DNA of 32,000 nucleotides from Tannockella kyphosi (lineage in GTDB: Bacteria; Bacillota_I; Bacilli_A; Erysipelotrichales; Coprobacillaceae). Where the stretch lies: NCBI RefSeq assembly GCF_021054785.1, contig NZ_CP088239.1, positions 540,001-572,000 of the forward strand, given 5' to 3'. Of the stretch, positions 7,883 through 16,672 are shown piece by piece (the stretch's first letter is position 1; every line of letters starts with the position of its first letter). A program made the translations under genes and the position numbers. The notes under the pieces are model-generated. The model searched no databases. It was not told where the DNA came from and was given only the letters and a program-made list of their open reading frames with translations.

Positions 7883-8599
7883 ATGGCAGAATCAAGTCGT
7901 GTAAATAAATACAAACAATTAAGAGAAAGCATAAAAGAAGAAGCAGGTATCCAACGTGATGTAGAACTTACGCAAGAAAAAACAGAAGATGATGATTTTT
8001 TAGCGTTTATACCAAAAAAAGAGCCTGTTGAAAATGATACGTTAGTAGAAGCAATTACATTTGAGCAATTGAAACAACAACAAGCTCATGAAGTGGATCG
8101 TGTATTACGTAGCGTAAAAACTAGTACTGGTAAAGAAGAAGAGTATAATACTCGTTTAGATATTTTAAGTAAGATTCGTAATCCTCAAACTGTATCAACT
8201 CAAGTAGTGGATGACCAAGCTACAAGTAGCTTTGAGATGGGACATTTTACTGCTGTTAAGCAACAAGAACCAGAAGTGGTACAAGAAGAGTTACCTAAGA
8301 TGACACTAATGGAACGTTTAAGTGCGATGTCGCCAAAAGAGGATGTCAAAAAAGTGCAAGAAGTCTTAGATAAAGAGCCTAAAAAAGTAGAAAAGCAAGA
8401 GATTGTTTTTGAAGTGCCAGAAAAAGAAATAATACCTGTTTTTGTAAAAGAACCAAAAGTAGTGGCAAAAGAAGAAGTTGAAATGGAAGAAATTGACCAA
8501 GATAGTCCACTTATTAAGATTTTAAATTATATTATTGTTGCTTTAGTAGTGGTTTTTGTAGTATTATGTGGTATGATTGTTTCACAAATATTTATGTAA
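7883..8599 (+). CDS. Hypothetical Glu/Lys-rich protein with a single C-terminal TM anchor
   Basis: Good SD (AAAGGATGGTGA). The 238-aa protein is highly charged and low in complexity, ending in LIKILNYIIVALVVVFVVLCGMIVSQIFM. I recognise no family motif. Confidence 0.6.
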   Translation: MAESSRVNKYKQLRESIKEEAGIQRDVELTQEKTEDDDFLAFIPKKEPVENDTLVEAITFEQLKQQQAHEVDRVLRSVKTSTGKEEEYNTRLDILSKIRNPQTVSTQVVDDQATSSFEMGHFTAVKQQEPEVVQEELPKMTLMERLSAMSPKEDVKKVQEVLDKEPKKVEKQEIVFEVPEKEIIPVFVKEPKVVAKEEVEMEEIDQDSPLIKILNYIIVALVVVFVVLCGMIVSQIFM

Positions 8600-8623
8600 A
8601 CTAAGGCTAGCCTTAGTTTTTTT
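8600..8623 (+). terminator. Rho-independent terminator
   Basis: Palindrome ACTAAGGCT/AGCCTTAGT (8600-8617) followed by a T-run, about 10 nt before the cmk SD. Confidence 0.75.
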
Positions 8624-8634
8624 AAGGAGGAATT

Positions 8635-9297
8635 ATGGAAAGAATAGCAATAGCAATAGATGGGCCATCAGCAGCAGGGAAAAGCACCATTGCTAAATTA
8701 ATTGCAAAACAGTTAAACTATGCTTATATTGATACAGGAGCGATGTATCGTTGTGTTGCATATTATGTAAAAACAAATGGTATTGATATCCAAAATGAAG
8801 ATTTAATAACATCTATATTGACGAATATACATATTCATATTGATCAAAATAATAATGTTTTCTTAAATGATCAAAATGTAAGTGGACTTATTCGTAGTGA
8901 TGAAATATCAATGATGACAAGCAAAGTATCTAGCTATCAAGCTGTTCGTACTTTTTTAGTAGAACAACAACGACTTATGGCTTTATCTGGAGGAGTTATT
9001 TTAGATGGTAGAGATATTGGTACTGTTGTTTTACCAAATGCTCAATTAAAGATATATCAACAGGCAAGTGTAAAAACAAGAGCAATGAGACGTTATAAAG
9101 AAAACCTTGAAAGAGGCATGGAAGCAGATTTAGAAGCAATTACAAAAGACATTGAACAAAGAGATTATCAAGATATGAATCGTGCAATTTCTCCTTTAAA
9201 AAAAGCAGAGGATGCAATAGAAATTGATACCTCTACTATGTCTTTGCAGGAAGTAGTTGATGAAATAATGAATTTAGTAAAGAAAGTAGGATTATAA
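8635..9297 (+). CDS. cmk: Cytidylate kinase
   Basis: [17 protein letters not shown]-loop, DTGAMYR and DGRDIGT motifs. Confidence 0.93.
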   Translation: MERIAIAIDGPSAAGKSTIAKLIAKQLNYAYIDTGAMYRCVAYYVKTNGIDIQNEDLITSILTNIHIHIDQNNNVFLNDQNVSGLIRSDEISMMTSKVSSYQAVRTFLVEQQRLMALSGGVILDGRDIGTVVLPNAQLKIYQQASVKTRAMRRYKENLERGMEADLEAITKDIEQRDYQDMNRAISPLKKAEDAIEIDTSTMSLQEVVDEIMNLVKKVGL

Positions 9298-9298
9298 T

Positions 9299-10603
9299 AT
9301 GGCAGGAGTAGTAGCAATTGTTGGTAGAGCCAATGTAGGAAAGTCAACAGTATTTAATCGTATTATTGGAGAACGAGTATCGATTGTAGAAGATGTCGCA
9401 GGTGTAACGAGAGATCGTATTTATGCCAAGGCTTCTTGGTTAACAAGAGAGTTCCGTTTAATAGATACGGGTGGAATTGAATTAGAGAATGCGGATTTTA
9501 CAACACAAATCCAAATGCAAGCAGAAATAGCGATTGATGAAGCAGATGTAATTATATTTGTTGTAAATGGTCGTGAAGGAGTAACTAGAGAAGATGAATA
9601 TGTAGCAAGATTACTACAACGTTCTAGAAAACCAGTTATTTTAGCAGTAAATAAAATTGATGATGTAGCATTTAAGGATGCAATTTATGAGTTTTATGCT
9701 TTAGGGGTTGGAGATCCAATGCCTATATCAGGAAGCCATGGTATTGGGATGGGTGATTTATTAGATGAAATCATTAAACAAATGCCTAATGAAGAAGAAA
9801 TAGATGATCATGAAGATATTCGTTTTTCTATCATTGGACGTCCTAATGTTGGTAAGTCATCTTTAACAAATGCAATTTTAGGAGAAGATAGAGTTATTGT
9901 TTCTAATATTGAAGGGACAACAAGAGATGCAATTGATACATCTTTTGAAAAAGATGGACAATTATATACGGTAGTTGATACTGCTGGTATGCGTAAAAAA
10001 GGAAAAATATACGAAAGTGTAGAAAAGTATTCTATATTAAGAGCACTTGGTTCGATTGAAAAAAGTGATGTTATCTTAGTAGTAGTAGATGCTGATAATG
10101 GTATCATTGAACAAGATAAACATGTTGCTGGATATGCTCATGAAGCAGGAAAAGCAGTTATTTTAGTTGTTAATAAATGGGATATGGTCGAAAAAGACGA
10201 AAAAACAATGCAAAAAACAGAAAAAGAATTACGTACACAATTTAAATATTTAGATTATGCACGTATTATCTTTGTTTCTGCAAAAACAAAACAAAGAGTA
10301 CAACAATTATTCCCATTAATTCAAGAAGGATATCAAAATTCACGTAAGAGAATTCAAACAAGTGTTTTAAATGATGTATTAATTGATGCTCAAGCAATGA
10401 ATCCAACAACAACATTTGAAGGTGGTAGATTAAAAATTTACTTTGCAAATCAAGTAAGTACATGTCCTCCAACTTTTGTATTATTTGTAAATGATCCACA
10501 ATATATGCATTTTAGTTACAAACGATATTTAGAAAATCGTTTACGTGAAGCATTTGGTTTTGAGGGGACTCCCCTACATATTATTTGTAGAAAGAGAGAT
10601 TAA
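9299..10603 (+). CDS. der: Ribosome-biogenesis GTPase Der (EngA), with two G domains and a KH-like C-terminus
   Basis: GRANVGKST and [10 protein letters not shown]-loops, DTGG/DTAG and two NKxD motifs (NKID, NKWD). Confidence 0.95.
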   Translation: MAGVVAIVGRANVGKSTVFNRIIGERVSIVEDVAGVTRDRIYAKASWLTREFRLIDTGGIELENADFTTQIQMQAEIAIDEADVIIFVVNGREGVTREDEYVARLLQRSRKPVILAVNKIDDVAFKDAIYEFYALGVGDPMPISGSHGIGMGDLLDEIIKQMPNEEEIDDHEDIRFSIIGRPNVGKSSLTNAILGEDRVIVSNIEGTTRDAIDTSFEKDGQLYTVVDTAGMRKKGKIYESVEKYSILRALGSIEKSDVILVVVDADNGIIEQDKHVAGYAHEAGKAVILVVNKWDMVEKDEKTMQKTEKELRTQFKYLDYARIIFVSAKTKQRVQQLFPLIQEGYQNSRKRIQTSVLNDVLIDAQAMNPTTTFEGGRLKIYFANQVSTCPPTFVLFVNDPQYMHFSYKRYLENRLREAFGFEGTPLHIICRKRD

Positions 10604-10605
10604 TT

Positions 10606-11607
10606 ATGGCACGTATTGCAGTTTTAGGAACAGGTAGCTGGGCTACTGCTTTAAGTCGTATTTTAGTGGATAACGGACATCAAGTTATGATGTATGGAGT
10701 AGAACAATCACAAATTAATGATATTAATAACAATCATTGTAACAGCCAATTCTTTAAAGATGTGCAATTAGAAGAAGAGATTGTTGCTTCTTCTGATTTA
10801 CAAGAAGTTCTTGAAGGAGCTAGTTACATATTGATTACAGTTCCAACGCATGTAGTAAAAGATACGTTAGAAAAAGTAAAACCTTTCTTAAAAGAAAAAA
10901 TAACGGTAGTAAATGCTTCAAAAGGATTTGATTTAACATCCAATATGCGTATGTCTAAAACGATTCGTGCTGTTTTGGATGATTCTTATATTTATCCAGT
11001 AGTATCACTAATTGGACCAAGTCATGCTGAAGAAGTAGTTGTACGAATGTTAACAACTGTCTGTGCAGTATCTCTAGATGAAACTTGTGCGAAAGATGTT
11101 CAAAGATTATTTTCTAATGAATATTTTAGAGTATATCACCTGGATGATGAAGTTGGAGCTGAATATGGTGTTGCAATTAAAAATGTAATTGCCGTAGCAG
11201 CAGGTGTTTTAACTGGATTAGGATATGGCGATAACACAAAGGCAGCACTTATTACTAGAGGGCTTGCTGAAATGGTTCGTTATGGTATGAAAAAAGGTGG
11301 TCGTTTAGAAACATATTTAGGCCTTACAGGAGTAGGAGATTTAATTGTTACTTGTAGTAGTCATCATTCTCGTAACTTTCAAGCAGGCTTAGAAATAGGG
11401 TGTTTAAATGATGCAAAAAGCTTTATGGAAAATAACACAAAAACATGCGAAGGGATTCGTACATGTAAAGTAATCCATGAAGATGCTAAAAAATATCCAG
11501 ATATTGAAATTCCAATTATTAATTCTATTTATAAAGTATTGTACGAAGAAGCGTTACCTAAAGAGGTGATAGCAGACTTGATGGCTAGGGAATTAAAAGG
11601 GGAATAG
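10606..11607 (+). CDS. gpsA: NAD(P)H-dependent glycerol-3-phosphate dehydrogenase
   Basis: N-terminal GTGSWATAL dinucleotide fold, GPSHAEEV, KNVIAVAAG and GDLIVTCSS. der-gpsA synteny as in Bacillus. Confidence 0.93.
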   Translation: MARIAVLGTGSWATALSRILVDNGHQVMMYGVEQSQINDINNNHCNSQFFKDVQLEEEIVASSDLQEVLEGASYILITVPTHVVKDTLEKVKPFLKEKITVVNASKGFDLTSNMRMSKTIRAVLDDSYIYPVVSLIGPSHAEEVVVRMLTTVCAVSLDETCAKDVQRLFSNEYFRVYHLDDEVGAEYGVAIKNVIAVAAGVLTGLGYGDNTKAALITRGLAEMVRYGMKKGGRLETYLGLTGVGDLIVTCSSHHSRNFQAGLEIGCLNDAKSFMENNTKTCEGIRTCKVIHEDAKKYPDIEIPIINSIYKVLYEEALPKEVIADLMARELKGE

Positions 11608-11653
11608 GAACATATTTTAAATCCACTCATATAGTAAGATGAGGGGTGACAAA

Positions 11654-11896
11654 ATGCAAAATAATGATCCAATTATTGATAAAGTTGTTAAAAAAACGAA
11701 TGTAAAAAAAGAAGATATATTTGCTCTAGCAAATATATTACAAACTAAAAACTTAAAAAAAGAAGAAGATGTTCGAGATTTTATAGACACAGTCTGTACA
11801 ATCACGAATAAGCAAATTGATGCTACAAAAAAAGAAAAATTAGTACAAGCAATAAAAAATAACAAAGTACCTAAAGAGATTGAAAAAATGTTGTAA
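11654..11896 (+). CDS. SpoVIF-like (stage VI sporulation protein F family) small protein
   Basis: 80 aa. KKEDIFALANILQTKNLKKEEDVRDFIDTV...KEKLVQAIKNNKVPKEIEKM follows the SpoVIF pattern as I remember it. SD GAGGGGTGA precedes ATG 11654. The larger antisense ORF 11617-11958 is a shadow. Confidence 0.55.
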   Translation: MQNNDPIIDKVVKKTNVKKEDIFALANILQTKNLKKEEDVRDFIDTVCTITNKQIDATKKEKLVQAIKNNKVPKEIEKML

Positions 11897-11923
11897 AAAA
11901 TAAGAAAACAATAACAATAGTCA

Positions 11924-11952
11924 TTGACTTTTAAAGGGAACATGTTTATAAT
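11924..11952 (+). promoter_or_regulatory. Near-consensus sigma-A promoter for yceD-rpmF
   Basis: TTGACT (11924-11929), 17 nt spacer, TATAAT (11947-11952). Confidence 0.65.
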
Positions 11953-11972
11953 AATCATTGCGGTTATAGAAG

Positions 11973-12488
11973 GTGATTAAATTGAAATACAACTTACAAT
12001 GGATAGTAAAACATCAAGGATATTTCGAAATTGATGAGGCAATTATATTCCCTCAGGAAATGTTTGAAAAATTCGCACAAATTAATAACCTAAAAGACGT
12101 AACAGTTCAAGGAACCGGGAATCTTGATGTAAAAGAGAAAAGACTTTATGTAGAATTGTCTATTAAAGGAGTCATGGTATTACCATGTGCCTTAACGTTA
12201 GATGAAGTAGATTATCCTTTCGATATTCAAACACAAGAAGTATTTTCTTTCGAAAAACCCGACCCTCTTGAAGAAGTGCATGAGGTAAAGAAAAACATGG
12301 TTGATCTAACACCAATAGTGTTCGAGAATATTATGATTGAAGTGCCAATGCGCGTTGTGAAAGAAGATGCATCGATTCAAGTAGAAGGAAAAGGTTGGAA
12401 AATCTTCAAAGATGAAAGTGAAACGAAGGATGATGATTATATTGATCCAAGATTAGCTAAATTAAAAGATTATTTCAAAGACAAATAG
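11973..12488 (+). CDS. yceD: DUF177 / YceD (YlbN)-family protein
   Basis: LPCALTLDEVDYPFDI...VDLTPIVFENIMIEVPMRVV...IDPRLAKLKDYF matches YlbN/YceD, and the gene lies directly upstream of rpmF as usual. The start is GTG 11973 or TTG 11982. Confidence 0.85.
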   Translation: MIKLKYNLQWIVKHQGYFEIDEAIIFPQEMFEKFAQINNLKDVTVQGTGNLDVKEKRLYVELSIKGVMVLPCALTLDEVDYPFDIQTQEVFSFEKPDPLEEVHEVKKNMVDLTPIVFENIMIEVPMRVVKEDASIQVEGKGWKIFKDESETKDDDYIDPRLAKLKDYFKDK

Positions 12489-12500
12489 GAGGAAAAGACG

Positions 12501-12668
12501 ATGGCAGTACCATTTAGACGAGTATCAAAAACGGTAAAAAGAAAAAGAAGAACACATGATAAATTAAGTGCACCAGCAGTAGTTGTATGTCCAGAATGTG
12601 GAGAATACAAATTATCTCATAAAGTATGTAAACACTGTGGAACTTACAAAGGTCAAAAAGTATTATAA
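12501..12668 (+). CDS. rpmF: 50S ribosomal protein L32 (not in the supplied ORF track; 55 aa)
   Basis: My own translation is [55 protein letters not shown], with the CxxC...CxxC zinc ribbon. SD AGGAGG lies 8 nt upstream. Confidence 0.93.
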   Translation: MAVPFRRVSKTVKRKRRTHDKLSAPAVVVCPECGEYKLSHKVCKHCGTYKGQKVL

Positions 12669-12687
12669 TTAATATTTATTATTTAAG

Positions 12688-12718
12688 AAAAGACACGAGA
12701 AATCGTGTCTTTTTTTTA
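12688..12718 (+). terminator. Rho-independent terminator after rpmF
   Basis: AAAGACACGA / GAAA / TCGTGTCTTT followed by a T-run. Confidence 0.85.
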
Positions 12719-12769
12719 TTGTTTTTTTATTGATTTTAACTATACTTTTTTGCTTTTTCAGTATATAAT

Positions 12770-12815
12770 AGTGGTAATAAGTGTTACTAAGTGAGAGAAA
12801 GTGTTAAAAGGTGGT
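12770..12815 (+). promoter_or_regulatory. Array of five 10-nt-phased GTG repeats, candidate MraZ operator
   Basis: Consecutive decamers GTGGTAATAA / GTGTTACTAA / GTGAGAGAAA / GTGTTAAAAG / GTGGTAAATT (12771-12820), that is (A/T)A(A/G)GTG(G/T/A) every 10 nt. They lie between a TATAAT (12764-12769) and the mraZ ATG. The fifth unit coincides with the SD. Confidence 0.6.
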
Positions 12816-12823
12816 AAATTATT

Positions 12824-13249
12824 ATGTTTATGAATGAGTATAAACATGGAATCGATGCCAAAGGGCGTTTGATTATTCCATCAAAATTTAGAGAACAATG
12901 TGGAACGAGTATTGTTATTACTCGTGGTTTTGAAGGTTGTTTAGCACTTTATACAGTAGAAGGTTGGGATGAATATTATTCCAAACTATTAACACTTCCT
13001 AAAAACAACAAACAATCACGTTCTTTGTTTCGTATGATTACTTCAAGAGCGGAGATTTGTGAGTTTGATAAATTAGGTAGAATTAACATCCCTAGTAAAT
13101 TAATTGATCATGCTAAGCTTGAAAAAGACTGTGCTGTCATCGGTGTCGGTGATCATGTTGAAATTTGGAATCAAGAAGTTTGGGATGAATACTATGATGA
13201 CAATTGTGATGATGTAGAGGAAAACTATGATTCACTAAATGATATATAA
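12824..13249 (+). CDS. mraZ: Transcriptional regulator MraZ
   Basis: MFMNEYKHGIDAKGRLIIPSKFR and a second DKLGRINIPSKL repeat (two SpoVT-AbrB-like halves). It is the first gene of the dcw cluster. Confidence 0.95.
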   Translation: MFMNEYKHGIDAKGRLIIPSKFREQCGTSIVITRGFEGCLALYTVEGWDEYYSKLLTLPKNNKQSRSLFRMITSRAEICEFDKLGRINIPSKLIDHAKLEKDCAVIGVGDHVEIWNQEVWDEYYDDNCDDVEENYDSLNDI

Positions 13250-13261
13250 AAGGAGAACGTA

Positions 13262-14209
13262 ATGTTTAATCATGTAACTGTATTACTAAATGAAGCTGTT
13301 GACGGGCTGAATATAAAAGAAGATGGAATTTATGTCGACGCTACATTAGGTGGAGCAGGACATAGTAGTGCTATTTTATCAAAATTAACAACAGGTCATT
13401 TGTACTGTTTTGATCAAGATCAGATGGCTATTCAAGAGGCGAGAACAAGATTAGATAAAGTTGGTTCAAACTATACCATTATTTATTCAAATTTTATACA
13501 CGTAAAAGAAGAGTTAGAAAAATTAGGAATATCTAAAATTGACGGAATATTATTTGACTTAGGTGTTTCTTCGCCACAATTTGATATTGGAGAAAGAGGA
13601 TTTAGTTATAATCACGATGCTCGTTTAGATATGAGAATGGATTTAAACCAAGAATTAGATGCTTATACAATTGTGAATAGTTGGACATATGAGAAGATTG
13701 TTCGTATTTTATTCCAATACGCTGATGAAAAGTTTGCAAAACAAATTGCAAGAAAAATAGAAGCACAAAGAGAAAAACAACCAATTGAAACAACATTTGA
13801 ATTAGTAGAAATCATTAAAGATGCAATCCCTGCTCCAGCTAGAAGAAAAGGTGGTCATCCAGCAAAACGTACTTTTCAAGCATTACGTATTGCCGTAAAT
13901 GATGAGTTACATGTATTTGATATTGCTTTAAAAGATTCATTATCTATGTTAAATGTTCATGGTAGAATATCGGTTATTACTTTTCATAGTTTAGAAGATA
14001 AAATTTGTAAATATGCTTTTCAGGAAGTATCGAAGCAACAAGATGTTCCACTAATGTTACCAGTTATTCCAGAATATTTATTACCAAAATTTAAACTAAT
14101 TAATCGAAAAGCAATCATTGCTAGCCAAGAAGAACTAGAAGCTAATAATCGTGCTCATTCGGCAAAATTAAGAATAATAGAAAGGGTGAAAGAAGATGAA
14201 AACAACTAA
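13262..14209 (+). CDS. rsmH: 16S rRNA (cytosine1402-N4)-methyltransferase RsmH
   Basis: [28 protein letters not shown] and the RAHSAKLR tail. Confidence 0.95.
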   Translation: MFNHVTVLLNEAVDGLNIKEDGIYVDATLGGAGHSSAILSKLTTGHLYCFDQDQMAIQEARTRLDKVGSNYTIIYSNFIHVKEELEKLGISKIDGILFDLGVSSPQFDIGERGFSYNHDARLDMRMDLNQELDAYTIVNSWTYEKIVRILFQYADEKFAKQIARKIEAQREKQPIETTFELVEIIKDAIPAPARRKGGHPAKRTFQALRIAVNDELHVFDIALKDSLSMLNVHGRISVITFHSLEDKICKYAFQEVSKQQDVPLMLPVIPEYLLPKFKLINRKAIIASQEELEANNRAHSAKLRIIERVKEDENN

Positions 14210-14489
14210 ATTTGAAAGATTTGCTAGAAGAATCTTCTTTTTAACAGGAACTGTATTTATTTTTGTTTTTGTAGGATTGAGTGGATTTGAATATTTTTAC
14301 AATATTAATTGTCAATCGATAGAAAATGAAATAGAAGATATAGAAGCTTCTATTGATTCTCTAACGATGGAGGTACAGGAATTAGGTTCGTTTGAAAGAC
14401 TAAGTGAAATAGCTGTAGCAAATGGTTATACTTACCAAAGTGATGCGACAGCGGCAAGATATACATCAACAAGTGAGGTTGTACAATAA
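14196..14489 (+). CDS. ftsL: Cell-division protein FtsL
   Basis: 97 aa with a single TM helix, then a coiled-coil segment and a ...[11 protein letters not shown] motif. It lies between rsmH and the PBP and overlaps both neighbours. Confidence 0.75.
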   Translation: MKTTKFERFARRIFFLTGTVFIFVFVGLSGFEYFYNINCQSIENEIEDIEASIDSLTMEVQELGSFERLSEIAVANGYTYQSDATAARYTSTSEVVQ

Positions 14490-16624
14490 TGAAAAGATTT
14501 AAAGGAACAAAAATGTTATCCTTTGTCTTTTCTTTTACTATATTCTTAATATGTGCAAATATTCTTTATTTGGGGATTACAGGGAAACATTTTTTAAGTC
14601 AAAGTGATATAGCTAGTTATGCGGAGGATAGAAACACGAAAACAGTTACAACGGTAGCTCAAAGGGGTGATATCTATACAAGTGATGGTGAAGTTGTAGC
14701 AACGACTGTTACTAGATATAAGTTAGCAGCTATTTTATCAGAATATAATCTTTATGCTGATGGGAGTGCAAATTATGTAGTGGATATAGAAGAAGCAGCA
14801 GAGTTATTAGCACCTATTTTAGGAATGGATGAAGCAGAACTTCTGGTTACTTTATCAAAAGATAGTTATCAAGTAGAGTTTGGTAGTTATGGTAGTAATC
14901 TTTCTACTATTACAAAGAACGCTATTGAAGCTCTTGAAATACCAGGATTAGTATTCACAGAAACTAGTACACGTAATTATCCTTATGGTGATTTTGCAAG
15001 TTACTTAGTGGGTTATAGTATTACGGAAACAGATACTGTTTCTAAGATAGTTGGAAAGATGGGATTTGAATTAGTATATAATGATGAATTATCTGGGGAA
15101 GATGGTTATATTGTTTATCAAAGTGATGTTAATAATTATGTTTTACCAGATGGGATTGTAGAACAAGTAGATAGTGTGGATGGAAGTGATTTATACTTAA
15201 CGATTAATAGTACGATTCAAAAAGATTTAGATATTGCATTTCAAGAATTAGCTGAAAATGCAGAAGTTGAACTTGGGACAGTGGCTATTATGGAGGCGAC
15301 GACTGGTAAAATATTAGCGATGAGTAATTATCCTAGTTTTGATCCTAATGTTAGAGATGTAGAGAATTATACAAATTTCTTTATTGAAACTGCTTATGAG
15401 TGTGGTTCGGTATTTAAACCCTTTGTATACGCTAGTTCAGTAGATCAGGGATTATTCCCAACAAATCAGTTGTATACATCAGGTAAGTATGTTTTTGATA
15501 GTTCAACAACAATTAGTGATTGGAATAATGGTGTAGGTTTTGGAGATATTACTTTTGAAGATGGATTAGCCCTATCAAGTAATGTTGGTGTTGTTACGAT
15601 TGCGAATAGTTATGTAGATGAAGATGAATTAATAGCTGATTATTTAGAACTAGGATTCTTTAGTTCAACAGAAGTGGATGGAATGACTTCAGCTGCAGGT
15701 ATTGCCGGCTATGATAATGGGCCTTTAGAGTATTTAACGACATCTTTTGGACAAGGATCTACGGTAACTGCTTATCAAATGTTACGAGCTTATAGTGTAT
15801 TTGCGAATGATGGAAAAACGGTAGAACCATATTTTGTTGAAAAAATTGTAAATGAAGAAACTGGGGAAGTAAGTTATGTTGGGAAAACAACTTATTCACA
15901 GCAAATTTTCTCTAGTGAAACAATAGATACTATGAATGAAATGTTATTAAATAATATTTATGGTGATGTTTCGATTGCAACAGCTTATCAAGTCGATGGT
16001 GTGACAGTAATGGGGAAAACAGGGACAGCCCAAGTAGCTCGCAGTGATGGATATTCAGGCTATCGAACAGATGTTAATATTAAGTCATTTGCAGGGATAG
16101 CGTCTTATGAAGGAGAAGATTCTGAAATAATTATTTATGTTTCAATTCAGTCTCCTGAGTATAATTCAAATGGAGAATCAGCAGGTGCTTATTTGGCAGA
16201 ATTTGTAACAAATATGATTAGTACATCCTTAGCAGTGCAAAGTCAAAGTGAATATGAAGATAGTGTCCAATTATCTTTTGAATTAGGAAGTTATATTAAC
16301 CAAAGTACTAGTTATGCTACATCTTCTTTAGAATCAAAACAAGTTTCCGTTCAACTAATAGGAAATGGGGATACAATCATCGAACAAGAACCAACTAGTC
16401 AAACTATTATTACAACCAATGATCAGGTGTTCTTGAAAACAGATGGAACACAAATTACGATTCCTGATTTCACAGGGTGGTCAAGAAAAGATGTTTTAAC
16501 ATATTGCAATATGGCTAATATAGATACACTTATTGAAGGTGAATCAGGATATGTGGTTAGCCAAAGCATAGAGGCAAGTACTATTTATGATGGCAGTGAA
16601 TTATTAACTATCACGATTGAGTAA
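14489..16624 (+). CDS. pbpB: Class B penicillin-binding protein (PBP2B/FtsI type) with two C-terminal PASTA domains
   Basis: SxxK (GSVFKP), SxN (SSN) and KTGTA motifs, an N-terminal TM anchor and dimerisation domain, and two PASTA-like repeats at the C-terminus. Confidence 0.88.
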   Translation: MKRFKGTKMLSFVFSFTIFLICANILYLGITGKHFLSQSDIASYAEDRNTKTVTTVAQRGDIYTSDGEVVATTVTRYKLAAILSEYNLYADGSANYVVDIEEAAELLAPILGMDEAELLVTLSKDSYQVEFGSYGSNLSTITKNAIEALEIPGLVFTETSTRNYPYGDFASYLVGYSITETDTVSKIVGKMGFELVYNDELSGEDGYIVYQSDVNNYVLPDGIVEQVDSVDGSDLYLTINSTIQKDLDIAFQELAENAEVELGTVAIMEATTGKILAMSNYPSFDPNVRDVENYTNFFIETAYECGSVFKPFVYASSVDQGLFPTNQLYTSGKYVFDSSTTISDWNNGVGFGDITFEDGLALSSNVGVVTIANSYVDEDELIADYLELGFFSSTEVDGMTSAAGIAGYDNGPLEYLTTSFGQGSTVTAYQMLRAYSVFANDGKTVEPYFVEKIVNEETGEVSYVGKTTYSQQIFSSETIDTMNEMLLNNIYGDVSIATAYQVDGVTVMGKTGTAQVARSDGYSGYRTDVNIKSFAGIASYEGEDSEIIIYVSIQSPEYNSNGESAGAYLAEFVTNMISTSLAVQSQSEYEDSVQLSFELGSYINQSTSYATSSLESKQVSVQLIGNGDTIIEQEPTSQTIITTNDQVFLKTDGTQITIPDFTGWSRKDVLTYCNMANIDTLIEGESGYVVSQSIEASTIYDGSELLTITIE

Positions 16625-16647
16625 GGAATATTCCTTACTCTTTTTTT
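16621..16647 (+). terminator. Rho-independent terminator between the two PBP genes
   Basis: Palindrome GTAAGGAAT/ATTCCTTAC (16621-16638), then CTC and TTTTTTT. Confidence 0.75.
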
Positions 16648-16672
16648 ATATATTATAAAAAGGGGTGATTAA

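Noticed and set aside
11610-11636. SigK-like promoter match (AC, 16 nt spacer, CATATAGTA) upstream of the SpoVIF-like gene
   Set aside because: The match to AC-N16/17-CATANNNTA is real. However, the implied transcription start would fall inside the SD (GAGGGG, 11641-11646), and such short A/T-rich patterns are frequent by chance here. It is not supportable without transcript mapping.
11617-11958. 113-aa minus-strand ORF opposite the SpoVIF-like gene
   Set aside because: It is the shadow frame of a Lys/Glu-rich gene (the antisense gives Phe/Leu-rich strings). The plus-strand ORF has an SD and a family-like sequence. The other short ORFs in the track that lie inside and opposite confident genes were rejected for the same reason: 269-457, 865-1056, 5740-5922, 6991-7179, 9808-10107, 10266-10499, 13602-13796, 17280-17516, 18960-19199, 19492-19695, 24687-24881, 27442-27678, 29227-29418 and 31688-31921.
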